Assembly: GCF_006345805.1 (NCBI RefSeq)
Contig: NC_043008.1
Location: 1,736,001 to 1,800,000, forward strand
From: Octopus sinensis
Lineage: Eukaryota
Direction of reading: 5' to 3'
DNA: 64,000 bases
Part shown: positions 1 through 14,142 of the stretch, one piece after another
Layout of the letters: every line of letters begins with the position of its first letter
Numbering within the stretch: the first letter of the stretch is position 1
Translations under genes and position numbers: made by a program
Notes under the pieces: generated by a model
What the model was told of the DNA's origin: nothing
Database searches by the model: none
What the model saw: only the letters and a program-made list of their open reading frames with translations

Positions 1-336
1 GTATATTCTTCAAACTTATTTTCAACCATATCGATAATGGTTATGCACATTCAACAGTCTTTAAATATAATAGGATACATTAAATATATTATAGGGAATT
101 TAATATAGGGAATCTCATTTTGAAGTTATAATACAGAACCAATGGAGTTAGCAGTGATCTTTAATATAATGCATCGATCCGTGTGAACAAGTGGTAGGCA
201 TCATTTATACAACCCAGTAAAGGAATAACTGGAAAACGATGGTTCATGGAGAAAGGCTCCTCAAAGCTGTGGTATATTTCGGTTATTGTCTACTTCAGAG
301 ACATACTATAATAATTCCATACATACACGCACTAAT

Positions 337-383
<47 letters not shown>

Positions 384-409
384 ATATATATATATATAAT
401 ATATATATT

Positions 410-441
<32 letters not shown>

Positions 442-1041
442 ACGGCGGTATATATATATATATATAACTACTTCATTTGTTTGTACTTTTACTCATATAT
501 AATAACATTTATTATTCATGATTATTATTGTTATTGCATTAAAAATTAAAGTAATAAACATATCGCATGCGTGCACATGTATACATACACATAATAAACG
601 AGACTATATATATATTCTCGATATTCCCACATATTATAATATAAACCTTGCATTGTCCTTTGCGCACCTTGATGATTTTCCTTCTAAGGTATTTTAAAAT
701 CAAAAATTGCATATTTATATATGTTCTGTAGCTTGAATTTGGGTTGACAAATGAAACAATTCTAGGTGAATATGTTAATTAATAAATTAATAACTTCATT
801 TGTATCCATTAGAACTCTCTGATTTCAAACTCGATAATTTATATACATGCATACATAATTATTTGTATATATATATATGTGTATGTATGTGTGGGGGTGT
901 TTGTGTTTGTGTGTGTGTGTGTGTATGTGTGTGTGTGTGTGTGTTAACCCTGGAGATACTATGCAAGCATATTATGTTCATAGGTTACAGGCAATGACAA
1001 CGATAAACATGAGTTTATCAGGAAACAAATTTAAAGTGAAC

Positions 1042-1509
1042 AGAAAATCGAAAAATATTGATAAATAACAATTGCCTGACATAAATTATTACATTTAATG
1101 CAAATAAAATGTATCCCACCTAAAAGCCATTTCTGCTTCCAATGTTCTACGGCTTTGCCATTGACAGTTCTGAAAATAATATTCATCATATTTGGTAAGA
1201 CATCCCATCCGGAAAAAGTAACTTCATCAGAAGCATAAAAGAAAAACAATGAGCTTCGAGAAGAATTTGAAAATATAATATATCTAAATCGTACAATTTT
1301 GCATATGTGTTTCTTCACGCTAATGAAGTTCCTTGTCCCAGATCGGATACGTTGCCACATATGATGAGTACTATTTTCAGAATTTTCAATAGCAATACCG
1401 TAGCACATTGGAAGAAGAAACAGCTGTTAGATGGGTTACAATCTATTTATATTAAAAATAAAATAATTGATGTTAGTCAATTTTTGTTCATCAATATTTC
1501 TCCATTCTC
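1042..1509. mobile_element. Old fold-back element/MITE: diverged long inverted repeat (arms about 200 bp, short spacer near 1255-1300)
   Basis: Reverse complement of 1051-1240 aligns without major gaps to 1310-1500 (e.g. atatgatgaatattattttcagaa vs atatgatgagtactattttcagaa; ccgtagaacattggaagcagaaa vs ccgtagcacattggaagaagaaa), roughly 70% by eye. This explains why ORFs 1031..1408(-) and 1307..1588(+) share peptide. Confidence 0.6.
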
Positions 1510-1517
1510 TCTCTCTC

Positions 1518-1615
<98 letters not shown>

Positions 1616-2055
1616 TATACATATATACATGTTTGTATGTAAATATATTATTCATAAATAAATACAGACATGCGCGGGCACACACACGTACGCACACATA
1701 CACACGCTCACACAAACAAATACACACAGGCTCATATACACACTCTCTCCACACCATATATTAGTCAGCCTCGTCGAATCTTACAAATATTAGATTCGCA
1801 ATCAGGATAAAAAACAAAATATTGGCTTTACTGTGAAATAATTAAGTTATCTCCATTTCACATTGAAACGCGCACCTGTCACTGCAAAGGTCTTGTATGA
1901 GCTTCAATCATAACAGAATATTTCACGTGATTTATAAACATCTGCTTCTCGTCGAATAAACAGCTCAGCATGTATTACCTGATTGAGGACAAACATTGAC
2001 ATTACTATTATTTTTCTCAAAACAATACATATCCACGCACACACTGAATCACACA

Positions 2056-2103
<48 letters not shown>

Positions 2104-2265
2104 ATTATATATATATATATACACAGCGAGATAGATAGAGAGAGAGAGAGAGAGTAACAAAATGGAGGAAAAATAAAAATAAGACATGTATTTTGCGCTA
2201 GGAAGCCATCATTTAATTAAGAATGGTGAGAGTGAGAACGATTGTTGCTGTCTTCCATGGTGAGG

Positions 2266-2324
<59 letters not shown>

Positions 2325-2339
2325 TAATATATATAATAT

Positions 2340-2377
<38 letters not shown>

Positions 2378-2409
2378 GGTTACATTATAGTTCACTCCCT
2401 TGCATTACC

Positions 2410-2767
2410 GCGTCGGTCATCCCCCGGAAGTCACAGACACGTGGAAGCCGTGCTATGAAATAACTACGAGGCCATAAGTTCAACTGACTTGTATTCACAA
2501 CGGACTTAACGAACAGAGAACTTAACTGTAATGTAAGACTTTCGAACATTTCATACTTTTCTTTTCCGACGTATCTCTCTACATTTCGCTCTCCTCTGCC
2601 TCTAACGTCTTCGTTCTTATGATGTCTACAACTGGCAATGAGGCAAACATTTTTTTCTCCCTCACCATGGTACACAGAAACGAAGTACTCGTTCTCACTT
2701 TCTTAACTAATTAAATAATGGCTTCCTCGCCCAAAAGACTTATTGTTATTTTTCCTCCATTGTAAGT
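2410..2767 (+). promoter_or_regulatory. Candidate promoter / first exon
   Basis: CpG-richer patch with Ets-like CCGGAAGT (2423-2430) and E-box CACGTG (2437-2442), pyrimidine-rich leader, aataATGG at 2718 (MASSPKRLIVIFPP) and gtaagt donor at 2762. Motifs only. Confidence 0.2.
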
Positions 2768-3013
2768 GTGTACACGTGTGATTGTGTGTGTGCGCGTGTG
2801 CTTCTGTTAAATTATTTAAACAATGGAAATGATCTCGTCGTTGTTTGAAGATTAAATGAAAGGTGTGTAAGAAGTACGAATGATAGCAAATGAATCTCCT
2901 GCAGATTCAATACTTACGAAGCCCGAGGACAGCTGTCGACATATGTTTCAAGCACAGGTATTTCAAACACTGAAGTGGTTTGCTTGTATTTGCTTGATTA
3001 TTTGTAAGAGACA

Positions 3014-3150
3014 AAGTTGCGAGCTGGCAGAGGAGGGAGCACATCGGATTTCATACGTCTTTAGGTCCCTTCCGGCTCAATAAAATAAGTACCAGTTAGT
3101 CACTGGAGTCGAAATAATAGACTATCCGGTCCAACCACAAGTTCAGGCTG
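3014..3150 (+). mobile_element. Degenerate SINE fragment (dominant family)
   Basis: gcgagctggcaga head and aaaataagtaccagtt...cactggagtcga core shared with the copy at 11277. Confidence 0.5.
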
Positions 3151-4076
3151 TTTGTCTAGAGTAGACGGAGGTGTTCGTTTGAGACAGTTTGGAAGTGAGT
3201 AACAAGTGATCGTATAATGAGATGATTCATATCAGAATTGTGTATTTATACCGATGATAGATCATGTTTCAATATCTCTTCAAAGATAGATTTGCTGCAC
3301 GATTTGTTAACTAAAAGTTTTGAGTGATTGGAAAATTAGACAACTAAATAAAAAAGTTGCAAAAACAAAACAGAATGAATATATTCATTTTATTTTGAAA
3401 CTCCAAATTCATTGAACTTCTGATATTTACAAACGTTTCCTTGATATTTTGAATACAGGCTTTTGAAAAATGTTGGGTCTGTAGCGAGTTATAATAAGTC
3501 GGAATAAAGTTAGTTCTTCTTACGATGATTCACTAAATTTCCTACACAAATAATATTAAATCATTGATCGATAACAAGGGAATAACATTTTGAATATATT
3601 AAATTCTATTACTGCTGCTGCTTTTGGAGAGCAGTATTAATTATTCATAATAGATAATTCTAAAACACAGACAGACGCATGCAAACACACATATAAAGAC
3701 ACATACACACATGCATTCACTAATCTATCTATCAATGTATCTATCTGTCTATCTACTTATCTATCTATCTATATATCTATATATCTATCTAATTATCTAC
3801 ACACACACACACATATATTTATGAATTTGTGCGAATGTCTACTGCGGAAACATGACCATCCCTAGGGAAGTACAGAGAATAATATATGCATATATTTCAC
3901 GTATCGCTTCATAAAATTTTCAAATGTCCGTTTTTTGCTTTTAGATGAAGTGTACTTTTATATTGGTATTGTATTGGCCTAAATCAATTCTTATTCCTTT
4001 GCATTTTGTATGATATCGATGCCATTCGCTTTGAACACAGAGCTGTAACCGCTACAACTGAGCAGTACGCAAATAT

Positions 4077-4107
<31 letters not shown>

Positions 4108-4138
4108 TATATAATATATATATATATATTATATATAT

Positions 4139-4183
<45 letters not shown>

Positions 4184-4311
4184 ATAGATATATATATATC
4201 ACTCCTTATCTGTATCTATCTTCCTCCGTTTCTCTCTCTGCAAGTGCGTCTGTGTTACAAGAATCTTGACTGACAACCATATTGTTCTGAATTCAGTCAC
4301 TTCTACTATAG

Positions 4312-4557
4312 TCTGGTGGGGAGACCAAAGCCTTGAAACGAAATGAAGCTCATCGCAGTAACAAGACAAACATTTCGGTCAGAAATGGCGTCTACGCCAG
4401 ATACAAGGGAATCCCCACGCTCACGTCTATGTATAACAGCAACGCCTCGTTTCTAACAACAACAACAAATGCACCAGGCACAGAGTCAACGAATGAAACA
4501 CATTATCAGTTCACATACACAGCAATTTGTCGGTTGAACCGATGGTTCCTTTTATAG
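4312..4557 (+). CDS. Candidate coding exon, unknown Thr-rich extracellular-like segment
   Basis: Acceptor cacttctactatag, then 81 open codons in non-repetitive, GC-elevated sequence; four NxS/T sequons (NKT, NIS, NAS, NET). No homology recognised. Confidence 0.25.
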   Translation, partial: SGGETKALKRNEAHRSNKTNISVRNGVYARYKGIPTLTSMYNSNASFLTTTTNAPGTESTNETHYQFTYTAICRLNRWFLL

Positions 4558-5109
4558 AACATCTGAATAATCCTCTTTTAAGATAACAGAAAAACTCAAC
4601 AGAACTTCCTTAGCCAGTCACTTATAAAATAGAAGCTTCTTGAACTACTAGGGACTTATAAAAATGCGAGCATGCGATGTAAGCTTTTTAAACTCCAGGA
4701 AAGAAATATTTACTCAGTTTCCACATCGGAGATGTTTTGTATTACAAGTTTGAAATCGATGAACAGAACTGGGAAAGCAGCTTCAAATATCGTTTAATAT
4801 GGAACCTATCTGGGGGAGATTTCCCTATAACACCTGCACGGCCTTTTGGGATGTATATGTCATGTTTAGAAAGATAACCGACCATGGCGTCCAGTTGCAG
4901 AGAGGTTGTATGCGTACGGCCACTTGAAGTGGTTTATAGCTGCCAAAGCTGTGGTCTCTCTGTCTCTCTCACCATCTATAGGAATCATGTCATATGGACA
5001 CACACATGTGTGTGTGTTCGTGTATATATATATATATATACATACATACTTTGATAGGTTTCGGCCATTATTGCCCAGGCCATGTCTAACTTAATAGCAC
5101 CACCTGGTA

Positions 5110-5345
<236 letters not shown>

Positions 5346-6103
5346 AAATAAGGAGAGAGATAACTAAATCAGTAATTATATATCAATTATGAAATGGGAT
5401 GTCATCTCTGACAGCTGTTTCGATTCAAAGCATTTAGGAATTAATTAGTATAATTAAAAAATTTATAAAGTTGAATCTCATCGGAGGCGGCTAAAGACAA
5501 ACCATTATATATTCATACTCCAGCCTCTTAAGTGTACGGCTCCAAACCGTTATATAGAAAGAACATGGTATGAATCCTACAAAGGAGAGGAAGGTAGTAT
5601 ATGTCTCGAAGTTGTTAGAAAAAAGGAATAGAAGTAAAAATACAGAATAGGATACAGTATTATGGTAATATATATCTCTAGAGTATTCAATAAAAGAAAT
5701 TGTGAACGTGGTTATAATAATGTAATTGCATTACATAATACACAGTTATTAATATTTTAGATAAGCAGTGTTTAAATTAATATTATAGTGAATTAATAAA
5801 ATGCATTACTCAGGTGTATTATAATATAATATAAATACAATAGAGATGAGATAAAGTTGGAAGAAGCTTAAATGAAGTAAATTAATATAATAATGAAAAA
5901 TATAGAACATATTATTGAGATGGAAAGTGCGAATTTGGTTTTAAGCAAATATAAACAAAAACAAGGAGGCACACGTATAATACACAAAATTAAGTAATTA
6001 ATTATAGGTAAAAGACGTCGTATATACTATATATATATACATATTATATATATATAAATATATAAATATATAAATATATATATTCATATATATATATATA
6101 TAC

Positions 6104-6150
<47 letters not shown>

Positions 6151-7181
6151 ACATATACATATATATATATACACATATATGTCACAAAGTATGAATTAAT
6201 GTAATCCCGTACAAACGATCTTTAATGAGCCATTGTACAAACCATATAGAATATATAGTATTATACAAGATAAAAGAATTAGGAGTGTATATAATCATCA
6301 GTGACAGAGAATTATTTAGATGAAGCGATAAAAATCCAAATATAATGACAAAATTCTTTCATAAATCATAAAGCATGTAAATGACTTTATATTATCATTT
6401 TACATTGATAAAATCAGTGAAAATAATGTGATTGTCATTAGTCACCATGATGGGCTTATGTGAAGATGTCAACGTTTTAAATATAAATCCCCGCTATATT
6501 ATAAACTTACGTAAGTTATAATTGTAATATGTCTTTATTCGTGACAATTTAATCTGATAGTTGCCTTTATATATTTATGAATATGTGACAATTAATATCT
6601 TTACGTTTCCATTAATACTTTTAGATAAATGTACGTTTAAATATGTTTGTAAACTTTTATATGAATATGTGTATATATGTGTTTGTATGTTTACGTGCAT
6701 AGGTGTGTTTGTTTATATATATATACGCATGCTTATGTGTGTATATATGTGTATATATATATAAACACATATACACATATATGCATACATAAATATAAAA
6801 AACACACACATTTATATATATGTATATCTATACATGTATATATGAACGTATATACATATCGTTATATAAACATACATATGAATGTTTGTATGTGTATACA
6901 TATATTTATATCTGTAATAGTGTTTATATAAATATATGTATATATATATATATATAAATATGTATATATGTATGTTTGTATGTAAAAAATATTGAGAACA
7001 TTGAGATGCATCATTAATATAATCTATCACCTACAAAAATCCAACACATTCTATTAAAGCTTTTTCAATTTAGACTAAAGAGTTAAATTACAATATTTAA
7101 ATCATTGTATTTGGACAAATCTCATCGGAGTGTAGAAAAATACACTGTTATGTTATTAGGTGTTTTGAAACAAGTTCAGCA

Positions 7182-7241
<60 letters not shown>

Positions 7242-7254
7242 CATGTATATATAT

Positions 7255-7293
<39 letters not shown>

Positions 7294-10200
7294 TATACAT
7301 ATACAAACATATACATACATATATATACATATATATATATATATACATGTATATATATATATATATAAATTATGCATATATTTACGATAAAGTATTAGTG
7401 ATCCCAAAACGAAGGTGACCGCACGTGTTTGTGTATGTCAGGCCAGAATGTGTATGTGTGTGTGTAGAAGGGCTGTAGCAAATCATAACACCTTTATTTT
7501 AACAATAATTCATATTTACAAATTATTTACATTCGAATAATGTTTATATAATATTTACATTTTCATTATATTACGATAAATACTTTCAAATCAGGAAAAA
7601 ACCCTTTTTTCAGTTTATATTAATTCTGTCGTTATTTTCTTTCACAATCTTTTAGAGTTTTAACATAGCGTTCATATATCGTTATGCCGAGTTATACATT
7701 AAATATAAAATCTCTTTCACTTGATGACAAACCTCATATTCTGCATTATTCCGAAAGAGTTTGTTAGGTTTTGTATTCGCGCAGACATGTGAGTAATTTA
7801 TTCATCATTAAATATAATAACATAAGTTATTTATATATTTTTGAGTTATGAAACAAATTTGTAGTGACATTTGAATTTTTTGTCATGGGATAAAAATCCA
7901 TCTAAATATATCTCATTTATGACACAAACACACACATACACACACGTACACGTACACATATGACGTTAGATACATGTGCTCTATTTTGCCTACGTGATTT
8001 GGACAAAGTTAAATTATAATATATAAAACATTAAAACCTCAAAATCCGTTGGCGAAAATAGTTAATTAGTTTGTTACCACACGAAATGCGCTAGGATTAG
8101 CTATGTAGTTACAATCGCCCACATTAGTTCTGTAAGTAATAGAATATTAATCATTTAGGGAAATACGGTGACAACAGTTATGCTATTTCTAATTGGTTTT
8201 TCGATACTCACAGCATTAACAACATTAAATCAAACTGAACTATATTTCAAATCATCTAAGTAACTTTCAGTTAATGAGATTTTAATTTTCTATCCTATCC
8301 TTCATCAGTGATTTCTTTTCTCCTCAAGTATTTTTTCAGAAAATATTCTAAAACTTAATTTATATTGTGCATATACGCAGTAATACATTTTGGTAAAATG
8401 TTAGGATATAAAGACATCCATTACGTGTGAGCCGATATGATGTCAACATTTGTGCCATGATGTTGATATTTTTTTTCAACCCTGTGTTTGTGACGAAGTC
8501 AATGATTCTCACTACCGTTCTCGAACAATCTGTCGTTAATCATTTTTACGTAGGAGGTGGGTGGTGCCACTATTGCTATTATGTAGATGTTTAAATAATA
8601 GAAGTATTCCAACAACGACACTAATAAAACGAACTGAGTTTTAAGATTGTTATGTCCGGTCAGAGAGTGACCATTGGCTTCGCACATATAAAGCGCTTAA
8701 CCGTATACTCAACTCGTCATACGGAAATGGCCGAAGGCACATAAAATCCCTGCTGAAGGAGAGAGGAAATAGTCATGGTTAGTTTGTTTTGTAAACAAGA
8801 AATATATATCCGAAATATTCATGTAGAGGATTCTTTGATGCGGACCTGCTGGGCATCAGATCCAATCTAAGATTCCGTAAGTTCTCTTCATTATTTTACT
8901 GCAAACTCGGTTTTTAATTACGACTGCTAAAACATTCTGTTAGTGCCTTACTGTCCTAACACACAAATATAAATGCGCTTCCCCACTCAGGTACAACAAC
9001 ATTAACAGCCAAGGCAAACATTTAGTCAACAGCATGGTTATTTCTGGGTGAATAGCAGCGTTAGCCAAAAGGAATGCGTTTGTCACACTCAAGCACTACA
9101 AATTTTGCCTCTAATCCCAAGTGCTGCTTCAACGATGCGACCAAATCGGAGATTAGTATGATCTGCAAATGCATACTAAGAAACATCAATGCCATTATTG
9201 ATAGAGACATTGACGTAATTATGCTCCCAGATAATAAATTTCATGGCTGAAAGATAACACGACTTTTAAACAAAAGTCAAACACGTTTTACTTGGAGATA
9301 AGTGAGTGTGTTTTATGGTAAAGTTGAGTAGAATTTTTCAGGAGTTTGTGTGGCCATACTTTGTTCTGTCCTTTTTCAAAATTATTTACGTGTTTCGCAA
9401 TACTATAATCTGGAAAAAACGTATAAAGTATTTTGTCAGAGTGTGCTGTGTTTGTTTCGGTTCTGAGTTCATGTAACATTTAGTTCCGTTCTGAATGTTC
9501 TGGTATAGTTTGTTTAAGCACCACAAGTTTCATAATATGTAGATTAACAGCAGAGGCCCATGGTGGATTTATTTCACGTATGCTAAGTATAGAAATGTAT
9601 ATGGTTAAAATGTCTGTGATACATTTTCTAAATGTAGAGAAAAAATAGTTACAGCAATGTACTAATGGTTTTATGAATTATGAAATGAATAAATTATTAA
9701 ATGAACCTGTTACGATTTGAAATAGGAAAACCAGAAGAAAATGTAGGCAAGAATTATGTAAAAGAGTTCATTTCCTCCGCGAACCTTTCTTTTGCCCACT
9801 GAAATAAATGTTATGCTTCTATATTATATTTTGCTCTTGTGCCGTTTATAAATGAAAGAGATATATTCATCTTGATTTTTGCCTCCCTTTATTTCTGACA
9901 TTCAGCTTAGGTCTGTCTACTTGAAATTTATTTCACCTCTAATGCGAGCATTTCACTGCGCATACAAGACGAAACTCAGTTGAAAATGTATTAAGCGATG
10001 CATCTGCAAGTAGTGAACTGACTGATTACAAACCACATATCGCCATTTTCTCTATCGTGTAGCGTGTTCATCTTATTTTAGCTATTCTCCATGATTTCCA
10101 ATATGTAAAGACAGTTCGAAAAAGAAACAAAAATTTTGTATTGCCTATGTGCAAAATAATGTATTTGCTCAAAGTAGTACGTGTGTGAAGAATCTCTATA

Positions 10201-10558
10201 AAGTATTTCACGAAAATAAAAAAAATACCATTTGTATCAGTAATTCTACATTGAAGATAAAAACAGTTAACAGCAAGTAGCAAATGGAATGCTTATCTAG
10301 CATCTGACTTTGGAAACAGGAAGTTTTTGCTGAAAGAGATTAAGACATGGTATTTGATTTAATCAAGAAGCTTCTATATTTAGTAACAATAACTCTGCTT
10401 TGAATAAATGAAAATGTTGTTGGTGTATTTTCTTTCACTGTCTAACACTTATCTACAAACAGAACGTGCCATCGTCGCAATATCAAAATGTGCTCTTTTT
10501 GTATTATTATTACCGTTTACAATTACGTATTTACAGTGACAAACCAATCGCGTAAAAG

Positions 10559-10603
<45 letters not shown>

Positions 10604-11276
10604 TAAAAATGTGTTTTCTAGTGTATAACCAGTCGATTTCACTCTCTTCCTTCCGGTCTGTAATGTATGCTAGCCAGCTTTTTTTCCCTATGTGGAAAGA
10701 CCATGTATATTTCTATTTTCAACATTAAGTAAATTTCTTGTAAATTGGTATTGCTTAATATATTAGCCTGTAGCCAGTAGCTATATAACGCTCAACTCTG
10801 TAGTTCAAATCGTTGCCTTAGGTTTTGTGATTTACTTCACATGAAAAGTTATATAACTCAGCGAATAACATGAGTAGTACGGATGTTTTGGAATTGTCCC
10901 TCTCTTAGTTGATTTAGAATTAATCTCATTCTGAACATTTGCGGCAGAAACTTTCATCATTTCCTTATTTCCCAATCTGTCAAGAAGGAAACAGTAGAAG
11001 TAATCTCTCATTCCACACGCATAATAATTAAATCCTTCTGAATTTATTCCCTGTAAAATTTCAGACTGACGACTGCATATTAAATACTCACTAGTAGAAA
11101 AGACAGACGAATGATTGGAGTTAAGTCATGTTTCATCATATTTATGGTTATCAATTATGAAAATTATATTTCATCGCAATGTTATGAAAAATATAAATAT
11201 TTAGGGCAGTAAGCGCGTCCCATGTTGTAAGTACAATGTGATATTCACAAGCAACTCTGAATATTTAGAGATACAA

Positions 11277-11489
11277 GGCGGCGAGTTGGTATAATCGTTA
11301 GCACACCAGGGTAAAATGGCTAGTGTCGTTTCGTCTGTCTTCACGTTCTGAAATTGGATTCCGCCGAGGTTGACTTTCAATTTCTTCCTTTCATGGTCGA
11401 CAAAATAAGCACCAGTTGAACACTGGGTTCGATGTAATGGAATGACTTGCTGTCCAGAAATTGCTGGTCACGTGCCAAGATTTGAAATC
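11277..11489 (+). mobile_element. SINE, dominant octopus-type family, near full length
   Basis: ggcggcgagttggtataatcgttagcac...ttccgccgaggttgacttt...aaaataagcaccagtt...tgccaagatttgaaa; same layout recurs many times in the window. Confidence 0.85.
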
Positions 11490-11506
11490 GATATTTACAG
11501 ATACGA

Positions 11507-11702
11507 GGTGGTGAGCTGGTAGAACCGTTAGCAAACCGAGCGAAATATTTAGCAACATTTCGTTCCTTCTCTGTCCAGATTGCGTCGAGGACGGGGTCCA
11601 TTAAATAAGTACCAGTACTTATTTTCGCCAGTATTGGGGTCGATGTAATCAACTCACCCCATCGCTTAAAATTGCTGACCTTTTGCCAAAATGTGAAATT
11701 AG
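11507..11702 (+). mobile_element. SINE copy with internal deletion, head-to-tail with previous copy
   Basis: ggtggtgagctggtagaaccgttagc head; aaataagtaccagt core; tgccaaaatgtgaaa tail. Confidence 0.75.
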
Positions 11703-11774
11703 TATGTATAGACACACGAAATTCAATACGACAAATATATTTTTAAATGCTGCTTAGGCATAGCAATGTTTGTT

Positions 11775-11945
11775 TCAAGTTTCGAAAGATTACCCACAAT
11801 TTCGGGTAAGCGTTAAGTCGAATATATTGTGAAAGGGGTAACTGGGAGAACTAACCTCGGCGGAATTTGCACTCAGAACATAAGGACGGACGAAATGCCG
11901 CTAGGTATGTTGCCCGTTCTGCTAACGGATCTGCCAGTTTGCATC
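11775..11945 (-). mobile_element. SINE copy, inverted
   Basis: aacctcggcggaatttgcactcagaac...gacgaaatgccgctag...gctaacggatctgccagtt is the reverse complement of the SINE head. Confidence 0.75.
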
Positions 11946-12514
11946 CTTGCTCAGGCATAGCATTAATACTAACCTGGTGCTAGAACTCAACATACGAATG
12001 CTTCCGTAAAAGGAGATAACTGAGGATATGAAAACAAATATCTGAAGATATACATAAATTACAGTCAATTCATTAGGTTACTGTTATTTATGAAGCAAGA
12101 TGCATAGCAACTATAGCCGAGTACTTGGTTGTTACCCTATAGCTTCCTGGCAGCCTTTGCAGAAGCACGAACCGTTCAGTAAACAACGACTTATAATAAC
12201 AGAAACAGCAGTATGCTAATGAAATTGATTAAGTAAATCCCGTTCACTTATCGTTTATAACGTAAACATATTTAAATTAACGGTAACCATATGAAATTTC
12301 TCCTAAAATATTTTATATATTTTCAAACCTATCACAATTATTTCGTATACCACTATCCTTCTTATTGAACATGCTTTGGCATTTGCTTCTTTATGCATCA
12401 TTGGTTAATCATAGATGCAAGGAATCACATTATCATTCTATATTTAGTCTAGAAACCTGAATTAAAATCGAATACTCTACATGTAAACATCCTCTAGTAA
12501 GATATGTCTTGGCG

Positions 12515-12758
12515 TTTTCTTTTAGCTTTATGCAATGGTGTTTTATTTTCTCTTCTGACTCTGTATAAAATTCAGCAGATGCCAAGTTGCAGTACGACCT
12601 ACAGAAATATGGTCAGTTGATGGAAGTAGGTATTTTCTTTTAGCTTTATGCAATGGTGTTTTATTTTCTCTTCTGACTCTGTATAAAATTCAGCAGATGC
12701 CAAGTTGCAGTACGACCTACAGAAATATGGTCAGTTGATGGAAGTAGGTATTTTCTTT
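12515..12758. repeat. Perfect tandem duplication, 118-bp unit x2, 8-nt microhomology (ttttcttt) at all three junctions
   Basis: The two copies read identical; ttttcttt at 12515, 12633 and 12751. Confidence 0.95.
12576..12629 (+). CDS. Candidate 54-nt symmetric exon (second copy 12694-12747)
   Basis: Pyrimidine tract, ctgac branch-like motif and ttcag acceptor; AG|gtattt donor; two frames open (xDAKLQYDLQKYGQLMEV or xRCQVAVRPTEIWSVDGS). Confidence 0.3.
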
Positions 12759-13117
12759 ATTATGATTAAAAGTCAGATCTATAATCAGTTTTTCATTAAT
12801 CTTATATCACCGATATTGGAGAATACATGGAAATGTTGACAATGGACATATGTATGTATATATGTATGTATGTATGCATGCATGTATGTATGTGCGTATG
12901 CATATATACGCATGTATAACTATGTGTTTATGTATATATATATTATACATATATATGATTCTGTGAGTGTTTCAGTGTTTGCGTTGGTGCTCATATATGT
13001 ATATGTGGGTGTCTGTGTGTCCACGTGGGTGTGTGTATGTGCACGTGTGTAGGTTGGTGTGTATACATACATACATATATATATATTATAATATATATAT
13101 TTATACACATGTATACC

Positions 13118-13168
<51 letters not shown>

Positions 13169-13770
13169 GCATACATACAAACCTATATATGTATACATAC
13201 ACATTTAAACACATGTTTACGAGATTGTGCATGCGCTCTGTTGGATTGCCTAAAGCTCTAGAACTAAGAAGGGGTCCTTTTTGAATCACTTACACAGCAG
13301 GAAATTAAGAGGTTTTGAGAAAAACGTAATTTGTCTCTTGTTGTAGTTACATAAACAAACGCAAGTTACACATGGGATTCGAATGACAGTTTTTCTGTTG
13401 GTAGACTTCTGTTTGTTGAAAACTGCAATTGTTCATCAAATGTGTCTACTTTTACTTCAACAGTGGCAGATAGTAACTAAATTTTAAAGAGATTTATTGC
13501 TAGGTCAGTATATTTTGTACCATGTAATCTTCTGAATGGATGTCTGTAAGTGTACATGAACTGATAGACCACGTTTTCTTCTGAACCTCTATCCTCTTTT
13601 GTAAGGATACGTATATATCAATAATAACTTAATATTCCCAATATTACCAAATATATGTACATACATCTGGCTTAACTTAGGTAACAAGTTCAACTATGTG
13701 AATGCACAATTAAATCGGCTGACTAAACGGCTTTCATAGATTTTCCGTAAATGATAAGTTAATATTAGAA

Positions 13771-13950
13771 TTGGTTTCAAATGTTGGTACAATGCCTGCA
13801 ATTTCGGTGAGGGAGTGAGTCAATTACGCCTAGCCGCAGTTCTCATCATGTAATTATTTTATTGACTCCGAGAAGTCGAAAACCAATGTTGACCTCAGCA
13901 GAATTTGAGCTCAGAAGCTAAAGCGTGCTAACGATTCTGCCTGATCGCTA
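13771..13950 (-). mobile_element. SINE copy, degenerate
   Basis: tttcaaatgttggtac tail; gttgacctcagcagaatttgagctcagaa and gtgctaacgattctgcc head in reverse. Confidence 0.7.
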
Positions 13951-13959
13951 CAATCAATA

Positions 13960-14142
13960 TTTATTTGTTTATTGCCCACAAGAGACAAAACATAGAGGGG
14001 ACAAACAATCACAGACAAAGCATCAACCCCAGTAGTAACCGGAACTTATTTAATCGACCTCGATACGATAAAAGGCAAAGTTAACCTTGGAGGAATTTGA
14101 ACCCAGGAGATAACGGCAGACGAAAAACCGCTAAGCATATCG
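13960..14142 (-). mobile_element. SINE copy, subfamily with a different tail, head-truncated
   Basis: acttatttaatcgacctc...aaaggcaaagttaaccttggaggaatttgaaccc...gacgaaaaaccgctaagcat. Confidence 0.7.

Noticed and set aside
9137-9175. Minus-strand YAFADHTNLRFGR, resembling an RFamide peptide with G-R processing site
   Set aside because: Single occurrence, no repeated precursor structure, no upstream signal peptide in frame; expected by chance.
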